This document shows positions 49,430-58,440 of a DNA stretch of 64,000 nt, one piece after another. Origin of the DNA: Candidatus Eiseniibacteriota bacterium (lineage in GTDB: Bacteria; Eisenbacteria; RBG-16-71-46; JABDJR01); NCBI GenBank assembly GCA_963762255.1, contig CAVXKA010000001.1, positions 1,600,001-1,664,000 on the forward strand. The letters are read 5' to 3'. Made by a program: the position numbers and the translations under genes. The notes under the pieces were generated by a model. It was not told the DNA's origin. It did no database searches and saw only the letters and a list, made by a program, of their open reading frames with translations. Numbering within the stretch: the stretch's first letter is position 1; every line of letters starts with the position of its first letter.

Positions 49430-52084
49430 TTAATCGTTCAGGCTCGGCAGGAAGTAGATGCTGTTGAGGAAGAGCCGGTTGAGTCCGTACCAGGAGAGGC
49501 GGAAGTTGGGGTCCTCGACGTACAGGACCACATGTCCCCGGCCGACCGGTTCGTCCACGAGGAAGGGGCGATCCACGAGGCGGTCCACGTTCTCGGGCGA
49601 GGCATACCCCGAGACTCGTGGCGCGCGCGTGAACCACGCCACGTTCGTGCCGGGCGGGCCGAGTTCCAGCGCGCGATCGGAGATCTTGAGCACCCGCGCC
49701 TCGCCGGTGTAGCCGAAGCCCAACGGGTGAAGCGGATCCACCGCTACCCGGAAGATCGTCCCTGGCACCTCGCTCAAACGTTCGCGGCGCTCGCGCTCGG
49801 CCTGCGTCTCCAGCCGGCGTTCCCGGTCCTGGGCTTTCCTCTCGTCCTCGGTGAGGCCCGACTCTATTTCCTTATCCGCAGGAGGAGCCTCTTTGACCGA
49901 ACTCAACCCGGACACGTCCGCGCCGGCGAAGAAGGCTCCCCCGCCGAGGCCGACGAATACCCCGCCTCGCTGGACCCAGTGCTTCAGAACCTCGACTTGC
50001 GTGGAATCGAGCGCCGCCGCGTACGCGCGCCCTCCTGCGTTGTCGTTGGGAAAGACGAGCACGGTGTATCGAGACAGGGCCTCTTCGTCGATCTCTCTCA
50101 GCGGGATCAACGAATGCGGTACGCCGTAGAGCCGGTCGAGAAGGAACCAGCACGCGCCGGTGGACGTGGCGGACGCGGGATTGTCGCCGATCACCGCGAC
50201 GCGCGGTCGATCCAGTGCGGGGACGCGGAAGCTCCCGAGATCGGGGCCGTTGTCGGTGAGGCCGGTTTCCACGCCGAAGATGTCCGCCCCGGAGAGCGCA
50301 GCCGCCTCGGCAAGGAGCGCGGAGAGGCCTTCTCGATTCTCCGCTCGAAAGATCACGAGGGTGCCTGGCGCGAAGCGCCGAGCGCCCATCGTGAACTCGC
50401 GGGTCGCGAAGCGCAGGCGCACGTTGCGCTCCTGTAGCCACGCGGCGGCGCGGGCAGCGCCGTTGCGGTCCCAGGGGATCAGGAACGCGTAGCGCGCCTC
50501 CGGTTTCTCCACGCGCCCCGCGGCCGCGGGCGGCTCGGTGAGCCGCTCCAGGCGGCCGTCCGTCTCCCCTTCGCTCCAGAAGGCCTCGATACCGAAGGCC
50601 AGCGGCAGCGACCACGCGCTCACGTCGTAGAAGAATGTGTCGGGAAGCGCGGCCTCCGGCTCGAGGATCGCGCTCAGGAATCGGTGCAGCGGCTGGTCCA
50701 GCGGCACCACGAAGGTGCCGGCGGGGAGCGCGGTCGAGACCGGGGTGCCGTCGTACGCGTGGAGTCCGCGCGGACGGATCTCGCCGCGGGCGCGATACAC
50801 CTCGGCACCGTGGGCCATGAGGAGCGACGCGAGCTCGGCCACGCGGGCCGGGTCATCCCCGGGCGGGAAGAGGTACGCCCCGGCCGGACCCGGTTGGTCC
50901 GGCTCGAAGAAGCGATGGAAATCGAGGAGACGCGCTTCGCGGTTTGCAGCCGCCGTCCGCAGCGTGGCGAGCGATGCCACGTAGTGGTGCTCGGCGCGCA
51001 TGGCCAGCGTGAGCGTGTCCCCGGAAGCGCGCAAGAGCACCGTACCCGCGAAGCCGTGACCCGCCTGCTCGTAGGTCATTCCGATGGCGCCGTGGAAGCT
51101 CGGCCACGAATCTCCGTAGCCGGGATAGTAGAGATCGAAAGATTCCTCGGTGTAGTAGGCCCAGCCGCGGTCATCAAAGGCAGCGGCGTTGCCGCGCCCG
51201 AAGATGGTCGCCCACTTGAGGACTTCGGGCGGGAAGTAGGGATGAATCGGGCGCTCGGGTGGAAAGAAGAAATAGCTGTCGTCCGCGTACATCTCGTGAA
51301 CGTCCACGTGCACTTGCGGCCGCCAACTCAGGTACGCGGCAGCTCGGGCGCGCGTCTCGAGCTGGGTCAGCCACGCCCAGTCACGGTTGAGATCGAAGAG
51401 ATAGTGGTTGTAGCGCCCACCGGGCCAGGGCTGGTGATGCTCGCGCGCCGGGGGGAGGGGATCCGGGCGGCTGCCCGTCACGCCGAGCATCCAGTTTGCG
51501 TAGCGGTCGCGGCCGTCGGGATTGAGGCACGGATCGACGAGCACGACGGTGGACTTCAAGAGAGCCGTCGTCTCCGGATCCCGCGCGGCGGCGAGCCGGT
51601 AGGCGACCGCCATCGCTGTCTCGCTGCCCGAAGCCTCGTCGCCGTGGATGTTGTACGAGAGCCACACGGCGATAGGAAGATCGCGGCTGATCTCGCGCGC
51701 CTCTCCCTCGGAAGTCCGACGCGGATCGGCAAGCCGAGCGTACGCCTCCTTGATGCGGTCTTTCGCAGCGAGGTTCTGCGGATCGGAAACGGTGAGGAGG
51801 AGGAGAGGGCGCCCTTCGTAGGTTTCCCCGTATTGCTCGATGTCCACGCGGTCCGAGGTCATCGCGAGGGCCTGCAAGTAGTCCACGATGCGATGGTGCG
51901 GCGTGAACCTCGATCCTGCCTCGTAACCCAGGAACTGCTCCGGAGACGGGATGGTCGGATCCAGGTCTCCACCTGAGTAGAACGGCGCGGCGTCCGCGGG
52001 GGCGGACCAGAGCAGGAGGAATGCGAAGAGTCCCGTCGCCGCCCGGCGCGCCGGGCATCTCCGGAGCCGTGGCTGCACGATCAT
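49430..52084 (-). CDS. Secreted M14 zinc carboxypeptidase
   Basis: IHGDE, NPDGR, DLNRDW, DVHEM; ATGA overlap with the upstream gene. Confidence 0.88.
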   Translation of the reverse strand: MIVQPRLRRCPARRAATGLFAFLLLWSAPADAAPFYSGGDLDPTIPSPEQFLGYEAGSRFTPHHRIVDYLQALAMTSDRVDIEQYGETYEGRPLLLLTVSDPQNLAAKDRIKEAYARLADPRRTSEGEAREISRDLPIAVWLSYNIHGDEASGSETAMAVAYRLAAARDPETTALLKSTVVLVDPCLNPDGRDRYANWMLGVTGSRPDPLPPAREHHQPWPGGRYNHYLFDLNRDWAWLTQLETRARAAAYLSWRPQVHVDVHEMYADDSYFFFPPERPIHPYFPPEVLKWATIFGRGNAAAFDDRGWAYYTEESFDLYYPGYGDSWPSFHGAIGMTYEQAGHGFAGTVLLRASGDTLTLAMRAEHHYVASLATLRTAAANREARLLDFHRFFEPDQPGPAGAYLFPPGDDPARVAELASLLMAHGAEVYRARGEIRPRGLHAYDGTPVSTALPAGTFVVPLDQPLHRFLSAILEPEAALPDTFFYDVSAWSLPLAFGIEAFWSEGETDGRLERLTEPPAAAGRVEKPEARYAFLIPWDRNGAARAAAWLQERNVRLRFATREFTMGARRFAPGTLVIFRAENREGLSALLAEAAALSGADIFGVETGLTDNGPDLGSFRVPALDRPRVAVIGDNPASATSTGACWFLLDRLYGVPHSLIPLREIDEEALSRYTVLVFPNDNAGGRAYAAALDSTQVEVLKHWVQRGGVFVGLGGGAFFAGADVSGLSSVKEAPPADKEIESGLTEDERKAQDRERRLETQAERERRERLSEVPGTIFRVAVDPLHPLGFGYTGEARVLKISDRALELGPPGTNVAWFTRAPRVSGYASPENVDRLVDRPFLVDEPVGRGHVVLYVEDPNFRLSWYGLNRLFLNSIYFLPSLND

Positions 52085-53643
52085 CGAGCCCTCCGATCGT
52101 CTGCTGTGCGGGGCACGTCGAGGCCGAAGCGCTCCCATCCGCCCGCCACGTCGATCCCCTCGTCCCATCGCGGCCGGTAGAGGACGGCGGAACCGTAGCA
52201 CGGCGAATCGACGCGGAGCACGACGTCGGCGTGCGAGTTCAGGAACGGCGCCAGTTCGCGGCGAAGGCGGGCGAACTGCGGGGCCTCGGTGAGATCCTTC
52301 GACCAGATGAGATACGCGGGCCGCGCATCGTAGAGGTCACCCGCCCGAACGCGACTCACGGAGTAGAACGGGTGATCACGGAAGGGGAGCCAAGCCAGGA
52401 AGGACCCGGCCACGCTTGCGTCTTCGGGGACGGCCTCCGCCAGAGGCCGGGCCCACGCGTCGTAGTCGCACGGTCGGTTGCGCACCAAGAGCGCGGCGTC
52501 GGCCGCAAGGAGGTTCGCCAGCCAGAGCGCCGCCAACACGGCCGCGAGCCGCGGCCGAAGGCGCATCCCGACCCATGCTGCGAGCACGAAGAGGTACGGC
52601 GCGGCCAGGGTGAGATAGAGCTCGCTCTTGTTCGGCAGGCAGGCCAGGCCGGCGAGAGTGATGCCGACAATCCATCCCAGCGCCGCCGGGGCGCGAAGCC
52701 GTACCGCGGCGATCAGCGTGCCCGCCCAGAGCACGAGCGGCAACGCGAGTCGAGGCCACGCGAAATAAGCGCCATATCTGTGTAGTTCGCGTCCCCATTG
52801 GTTCCACACGGGATACGATCGTTCCCCGTGGAGGTGAGGCGCGTTCTGTCCGATGACGTTTGCGAAATCGACGGCGCGGTCTTGGAGGAAGTACATCGCG
52901 CTGGGAAGACAGAACACCACGAACACGCCAGCGGCGGCCGCCGCATCGCGCCACGCGCCGGACCAGCTCCGTCGGCGCAAGAGAAGAACGCCGCCGGCGG
53001 CGAGGACGGTCAACACACCGTTGGGGTGCGTGAGCATCGCGAGAGCGGAGGCGGCGCCGGTGATCGGACCTCGCCAGGCGCGATGAGGATTCCAGGCTGC
53101 GCTCACCGCGAGGACGTTCCATAGCGCGAGCATCGCCTCGAAACGGATCGTGCGGTGCGCCTTCCAGAGCATGGGATCGGCGGTGAATGCCAGCGCAACC
53201 GCAACGAGGAGCCATGCGCGCCGCCGCGCGCCGCCGCGATCGTCCTCGCCGCGGGATCGATTCACCGAATCCTCGGGCTCCGCAAGCACCTCGGCAGCCC
53301 ATCGCAGCAAAACGAGAAGGGTCGCGGCGCCGAGAAGCACGGACAGAAGGCGTCCGCCCAGGAGCACAGGAATACCGGCGGCGTAGACGCCCGCCAGGGC
53401 CAGGAACTGCAGAGGGGGCATCCAATAGAGGCGGTCGGAGAAGTGGAAGAGCTCCCCGCAGGAAGGGCTTCCGAGAGGTCCCCCGGCCGCCTTGACCCAT
53501 GCGGGCTCGGCGATCCATGCCTCGTCGCCCCAGACCGCCGGATACCTCTCCAGGCCGATCAGGGTGATTCCCAGGTAGACAACCACCAGGAGCAGCAAGA
53601 GGCGGTTCCAGACGGCAAGGCCACCTAACTTATTAAATAACAA
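52081..53643 (-). CDS. ArnT/PMT-like GT-C membrane glycosyltransferase
   Basis: PAVWGDEAW, MPPL, RLLSVLLG, IRFE, LTHP and multiple TM helices; start uncertain. Confidence 0.7.
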   Translation of the reverse strand: MLFNKLGGLAVWNRLLLLLVVVYLGITLIGLERYPAVWGDEAWIAEPAWVKAAGGPLGSPSCGELFHFSDRLYWMPPLQFLALAGVYAAGIPVLLGGRLLSVLLGAATLLVLLRWAAEVLAEPEDSVNRSRGEDDRGGARRRAWLLVAVALAFTADPMLWKAHRTIRFEAMLALWNVLAVSAAWNPHRAWRGPITGAASALAMLTHPNGVLTVLAAGGVLLLRRRSWSGAWRDAAAAAGVFVVFCLPSAMYFLQDRAVDFANVIGQNAPHLHGERSYPVWNQWGRELHRYGAYFAWPRLALPLVLWAGTLIAAVRLRAPAALGWIVGITLAGLACLPNKSELYLTLAAPYLFVLAAWVGMRLRPRLAAVLAALWLANLLAADAALLVRNRPCDYDAWARPLAEAVPEDASVAGSFLAWLPFRDHPFYSVSRVRAGDLYDARPAYLIWSKDLTEAPQFARLRRELAPFLNSHADVVLRVDSPCYGSAVLYRPRWDEGIDVAGGWERFGLDVPRTADDRRAR

Positions 53644-53691
53644 TGTATTCCGCCAAGTTCTTCACAGCCGCGCCGATTTTTCGTTTAGGCG

Positions 53692-53720
53692 TTGACTCTG
53701 TGCCGTTCACGACTTAACCT
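53692..53720 (+). promoter_or_regulatory. dcw (mraZ) promoter
   Basis: TTGACT-N17-TAACCT downstream of an AT-rich patch. Confidence 0.55.
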
Positions 53721-53822
53721 CCGGTGGAGATCGCCCCCAACCCTGAACCAATGTGTCCCATATAAGGGGAGGGCGAGCCCAACCAAGGCCGCACCGGCGG
53801 CCGGAACTCGTGGGGATGGCCG

Positions 53823-54413
53823 GTGGACTCGAACACCAACAAGCCTGAAGCCTCCTTCGTCAACGCACAGGAATGCGGCGTCGATGAGAAGCGCAGGTTC
53901 AGCCTGCCTCCCCGCTACCGGCCGCTCTTCAGCCAACTCGAAACACCCTCGGGCTATTCCTACAAGGTGGTCATGCTCCCCTGGTACGGCGGCCCGATCA
54001 TGGTGATCCCGCTGGAGACCTGGAAGCGGATGGAAGCCCGGATTCTGCGGCTGGACTTTACCACTCCCGATTTCCTCGATGCCAAGAGGCAGTTCTTTTC
54101 GCGTGTCGAGTACACGCATACCGACCCGGAAGGGCGCCTGACCCTGACGACGTGCCACTACGGATGGCTGCGTCTCAATCCGAAGGGGAAGGACCGGGTC
54201 ATGGCGGTGGGGGTAGGGAGCCATCTCGAAATCTGGAACGCGACGGAATGGGATCAGGTGGAGAGCACCGGTCGCAACATGGTCGCGCGTCCCGCTTCCG
54301 AGATTCAGTACGACAAGCTGTTGGAAGAGTTGATGCGGGCGGCTCCGTCGGAGGAACCGGCATCGAAGCCCCTCGAAGGGGGCGCGCCCGCCGAAGGGGG
54401 ACCGAAACCCTGA
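53823..54413 (+). CDS. mraZ: Division/cell wall cluster transcriptional repressor MraZ
   Basis: VDEKRRFSLP and DPEGRLTL repeats, VGVGSHLEIWN..EW; first gene of the dcw cluster. Confidence 0.85.
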   Translation: MDSNTNKPEASFVNAQECGVDEKRRFSLPPRYRPLFSQLETPSGYSYKVVMLPWYGGPIMVIPLETWKRMEARILRLDFTTPDFLDAKRQFFSRVEYTHTDPEGRLTLTTCHYGWLRLNPKGKDRVMAVGVGSHLEIWNATEWDQVESTGRNMVARPASEIQYDKLLEELMRAAPSEEPASKPLEGGAPAEGGPKP

Positions 54414-54421
54414 TCGTTTGA

Positions 54422-54659
54422 GGCGTCTCATCCCGCGGCCGAGCCCTGCTGGAGGGCATGGGGTAGGCCCAAGGTGAGACGCCACCGTGTTCGGGTCCGT
54501 CGCCCCGTGGCAACCAACCGCGCAGGGGGTCGCGGGGCGGACGGACCCGGTTCGAAGCTGCATCACCCTGGCACGAAGCCGCGAAGGCGCGCAGGGATCA
54601 CGGGCTACTGGACGGGCCCGGGATCCCGGGCCCGCACCGGCGGGACGTGGTTTCGCCGG
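54422..54659 (+). other. Highly structured intergenic element (five consecutive helices), possible cis-RNA
   Basis: Stems read directly from the sequence; no family recognised. Confidence 0.45.
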
Positions 54660-54676
54660 GGCACCAAGGAGGAAAC

Positions 54677-55078
54677 ATGCTACGGGTCGACCGGTCCGAT
54701 GAAGGGCGCATCTGTCTGCTGAGTTTGGAGGGCAATCTCGGCAGTTCCGATCTGGTGAATCTTGCCGAGCGTCTTCGTGGACTGGCCGCCCGCGGCGTGT
54801 TGCGAGTCGTAGTGGATCTGCGGCAGGTGGAGCATTGGGACTACCGAGGCCTGGCCAGCCTGGCGGAGGCGGTGGATTACCGCCGCAGCGCCGGGGCGGT
54901 GACGGCATTCATTGCGCCTCGGGGGTACCTGCGCGACATCGCGGCCGCAGCCAACGTGCTGGATCGGCTGGACCTGTACGACGATTTGAGGCTGGAAACG
55001 GAAGCGGAGACGATCCCGTTGAAGGTGGTGGAACTGGTGCCGCAAGAGACCGGATTCCGCCGCGCTTCCGGCCTCTGA
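54677..55078 (+). CDS. STAS-domain (anti-sigma antagonist-like) protein
   Basis: AAGGAGG RBS; LSLEGNL, VVVDLRQVEHWDYRGL. Confidence 0.75.
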   Translation: MLRVDRSDEGRICLLSLEGNLGSSDLVNLAERLRGLAARGVLRVVVDLRQVEHWDYRGLASLAEAVDYRRSAGAVTAFIAPRGYLRDIAAAANVLDRLDLYDDLRLETEAETIPLKVVELVPQETGFRRASGL

Positions 55079-55088
55079 CGGCGCTGCC

Positions 55089-56006
55089 GTGCGCGAGTCC
55101 TCGTATCACGAGCCCGTGCTCGTGGAAGAGGCGCTCGGCACCTGGGTCGATGATCCTCACGGACGGTATCTCGACGGAACGATCGGCGGCGGGGGGCACG
55201 CCGAGGCACTTCTCGTACGCCATCCCCATGCCGAACTGATCGGTCTCGATCGGGATCCGGCCGCTCTCGAGGAATCGTCCCGGCGGCTGGCCCGGTACGG
55301 AACGCGAGTTCGGCTGGAGCGGGCGGACTTCGCGGACATCGAGGAGGTTCTCCGGCGCCTGGGCGGGCCGGAGATTCGAGGCATCCTTCTCGACCTGGGC
55401 GTATCGAGCCACCAGCTCGACGATGTCCGGCGCGGCTTCTCGTATCTGGCCGACGGCCCCCTCCGATTGGTGTTGGATCGTGACGCAACCACAGGGGCGG
55501 CCGAATATCTGGCCGCGGTCGAGGAGGGCGAGTTGAGGCGGGTCTTCGCGGAGCTGGGGGAGCTCCCCGGGGCGGGGCGTGCCGCGCGTGCGGTCGCCGC
55601 CGCACGGGAACGCGCTCCGATCATGACCACGGCTCATCTCGTGCGTGCGCTGCGCGAAGGCGGAGTGCAGAGCCCCCGGCGTCTCTCTCAGGCTTTTCAG
55701 GCGCTTCGTCTCGCCGTTAACGACGAACTCGGTTCGCTCGAGCGCGGCCTCGTCGCCGCGTCCCGCGTCCTTCCCGCCGGCGGAACCCTCACCGTCATCG
55801 CGTTCGAGAGTCTCACGGACCGCATGGTGAAGCAGACCTTTCGTCCGCCCCGCCGCGAGCGCCCGCTCCCCGGAGTCCCCGACCCCGAGCCGGACTGGGA
55901 GCTCCTGACCCGCCGCGCGGTGCGCCCGAGTGCCGATGAGACCGCCCGCAACCCCCGCGCGCGCAGCGCCCGTCTACGCGCGGCAAGGAGACTCGCTCAT
56001 GCTTAG
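55089..56006 (+). CDS. rsmH: 16S rRNA m4C1402 methyltransferase
   Basis: HEPVL, DGTIGGGGH, DLGVSSHQLD..RRGFS, FQALRLAVN.EL, NPRARSARLR. Confidence 0.95.
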   Translation: MRESSYHEPVLVEEALGTWVDDPHGRYLDGTIGGGGHAEALLVRHPHAELIGLDRDPAALEESSRRLARYGTRVRLERADFADIEEVLRRLGGPEIRGILLDLGVSSHQLDDVRRGFSYLADGPLRLVLDRDATTGAAEYLAAVEEGELRRVFAELGELPGAGRAARAVAAARERAPIMTTAHLVRALREGGVQSPRRLSQAFQALRLAVNDELGSLERGLVAASRVLPAGGTLTVIAFESLTDRMVKQTFRPPRRERPLPGVPDPEPDWELLTRRAVRPSADETARNPRARSARLRAARRLAHA

Positions 56007-56395
56007 AGCTTCGCAGGTCCGGTCGCGCCGGCTCCTCCAACCCGCGCGTGCGAGTGCATCCGATCGTGGCGTACGGACTTCTCGCCTTCGGTCTCCTGCT
56101 GGCCTTCATGTGGGAGCAGGCGTCGGTGGATCACCTGCTCATCAGGTTGGAGCGCGCGAAGGCGGAGCGGCGCAACCTGGAGAGCCGCGTGGCGGCGCTG
56201 AGCGTGCAGGCCGACGATCTCTCGAGCCTCGTGCAGGTGGAGGAGCGCGCCGTCCGAGAACTCGGCCTGCGGCGCCCCGCAACCGATGAAATCGTCGAGC
56301 TTCAGTTCGCGGAACCCCCGAGCGGCGAGCACTTCGCCCTCGGCAAGATCGTCCCCGACGCCGACGCGCGGACCCGGAAAGGGCAGCAGGACTGA
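55999..56395 (+). CDS. ftsL: Cell division protein FtsL; likely +1 frameshift near the 5' end, intact frame from 56048
   Basis: TM helix, coiled coil and VEERAVRELGL..P, located between rsmH and ftsI. Confidence 0.75.
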
Positions 56396-58437
56396 TGACC
56401 GGCCGTGCGGCGGAGTCCCGGCTGCGGCTCGTGGCCGTGGTGTGCCTGCTGCCGCTCGCGCTGGTGCTCGCCCGGACCGTGTGGCTCACCCTCGTCCGCG
56501 GCGACGAGCTCCGCCGGCGCGCCGACACTCAGCACCTGTATCGCGCCTATCAGCCGGCACAGCGCGGAAGCGTCCGTGACCGGGACGGCAACGACCTCGC
56601 GGTGACGGTGTACAACCAATCGGTGGTTGCCAACCCCAGGCTGGTGAAGGACCCGAAAGCCACCGCGCACATTCTGGCCGCGGCTCTCGATCTGCCGGTC
56701 TCGCAGGTGGAAAGCAAGTTGCGCAGCCTCAAGGGCGAGGTGTACATCCAGCGCACGTTCACCCCCAGCCTGGACCGGCGCGTGGATCTCTCCTCGCTTC
56801 CCGGCGTGTTCGAGCGTCTGGAGTTGAAGCGCGTGTATCCCCGAGGGGAGCTCGCCTCGCACGTCGTCGGCTTCGTGGACGCGGCGGGAATCGGGCAGGC
56901 CGGGATCGAAAAGGAGTACGAGGCCCTGCTCAAAGGGAAACCCGGCTGGGCCACTCAGCTTCGCGACGGGAACGGCGACGTCATTCAAGCCCTCGGCAAG
57001 CACCACAAGCCCTCGCAGTCGGGTTGCGACATCACGCTCACCATCGATTCGGCGCTTCAAGACGTGGGCGCCTCCGAGTTGAAGAAGCAAGCGGAAGCGC
57101 TCCATGCCAAGGGCGGGGTCTTCGTGGCGGTGGATCCGCGCACCGGCGAGATCCTTGCCATGGCCTCGTGGCCCAGCTTCGACCCCGAGCGGATGAACGC
57201 CCAAGACCGCGGCGCGATCCGCAATCGCATCGTGACCGATCCCTACGAGCCGGGCTCCACGTTCAAGGTCGTCGCCACGGTCGCCGCGCTCAAAGAGAAG
57301 CTGCTCGAGCCGGGCACTCCCATCCACTGCGAAATGGGGCGCTACTCCTTGGATGGCGCGGTCTTCACCGATCACCATCCCTACGGCACCATGACCTTTC
57401 AGGACTGCTTCGCGCACAGCAGCAATATTGCATTCGCCAAGGTGGGCAAACGCTGCGGTCCCGCGCTCTACGAAACCGCGCGCGCGCTCGGCTTCGGCGT
57501 TCCGACCGGAGTGGGCCTTCCCGGCGAATCGTCCGGGCTTCTCTACCCGCCGCGCCGCTGGTCCGGCCGCACCGCGCCCACCATGGCCATCGGCTACGAA
57601 GTGATGGTGACGCCGCTGCAGCTCGCCATGGCCTACGCCGCCGTCGCCAACGACGGCGTGCTCATGCGCCCCCAACTCATCCGAAGCATCACCGACTCCG
57701 ACGGACGCACGGTGTTCCGCAGCAGGCCCGAGCCGGTGCGCCGCGTGATGGAGCCCTCGGTGGCCCGCACCGTGCGCGCCTTCATGCGCCGGGTGATGAC
57801 CGACGGGACCGGCAAGTCGGCGAACCTGGATTGGGTCGAGGCGGGGGGAAAGACCGGCACCGCCGAGAAGCTCGTGGACGGCCACTACTCGGGCAACAAG
57901 CACTACGCCTCATTCGTGGGGATCGCCCCCTACAACGACCCCGAAATCGTTTGCATGATCCTCATCGACGAGCCGCAGGGGTTCACGTTCGGCGCCTCGG
58001 CCGCGGCGCCTGTGTTCAAGGAAGTGCTGGAGGCGGTCAGCCGTTTGCGCGGCGCCCGCCTGCGGCCCGACTACGCGACGATGATGGTGGGAGAGCCTCC
58101 CGCGAACGCGAAGGGACTCGAACTGGCCTCGGTGGAGGCCGACGAGGGGAGCCCCGAGTTCCCGCCCACTCCCTCGCCGGAAGGGGGCGTTCCCGACGTG
58201 CGCGGCCAGTCGCTGCGCCAGGCGCTCTGGACGTTGCAGATCAATGGTATGCGGGCCGACGTCACCGGGACCGGCGTCGTGGTGCGGCAGGATCCCGCAC
58301 CGGGCACCGACAGCACGACGACGGTGGCCCTGGAGTGCGCGCTCCCGCCGGCCCAAGTCGAGGATGACGAGGATGATCGGGGGGGTGAGGGCCAGGCGAT
58401 GCTCGCCTCGGCCGGTCGGGCGGGGAAGCGGCAGTAG
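56395..58437 (+). CDS. ftsI: Class B penicillin-binding protein with PASTA domain
   Basis: RGSVRDRDG, EPGSTFK (SxxK), SSN, KTGT. Confidence 0.92.
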   Translation: MTGRAAESRLRLVAVVCLLPLALVLARTVWLTLVRGDELRRRADTQHLYRAYQPAQRGSVRDRDGNDLAVTVYNQSVVANPRLVKDPKATAHILAAALDLPVSQVESKLRSLKGEVYIQRTFTPSLDRRVDLSSLPGVFERLELKRVYPRGELASHVVGFVDAAGIGQAGIEKEYEALLKGKPGWATQLRDGNGDVIQALGKHHKPSQSGCDITLTIDSALQDVGASELKKQAEALHAKGGVFVAVDPRTGEILAMASWPSFDPERMNAQDRGAIRNRIVTDPYEPGSTFKVVATVAALKEKLLEPGTPIHCEMGRYSLDGAVFTDHHPYGTMTFQDCFAHSSNIAFAKVGKRCGPALYETARALGFGVPTGVGLPGESSGLLYPPRRWSGRTAPTMAIGYEVMVTPLQLAMAYAAVANDGVLMRPQLIRSITDSDGRTVFRSRPEPVRRVMEPSVARTVRAFMRRVMTDGTGKSANLDWVEAGGKTGTAEKLVDGHYSGNKHYASFVGIAPYNDPEIVCMILIDEPQGFTFGASAAAPVFKEVLEAVSRLRGARLRPDYATMMVGEPPANAKGLELASVEADEGSPEFPPTPSPEGGVPDVRGQSLRQALWTLQINGMRADVTGTGVVVRQDPAPGTDSTTTVALECALPPAQVEDDEDDRGGEGQAMLASAGRAGKRQ

Positions 58438-58440
58438 GAC

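Noticed and set aside
54568-54585. CTGGCACG as a sigma54 promoter or c-di-GMP riboswitch before the STAS gene
   Set aside because: GG-to-GC spacing is 9 rather than 10, there is no TTGC, and the conserved riboswitch core motifs are absent.
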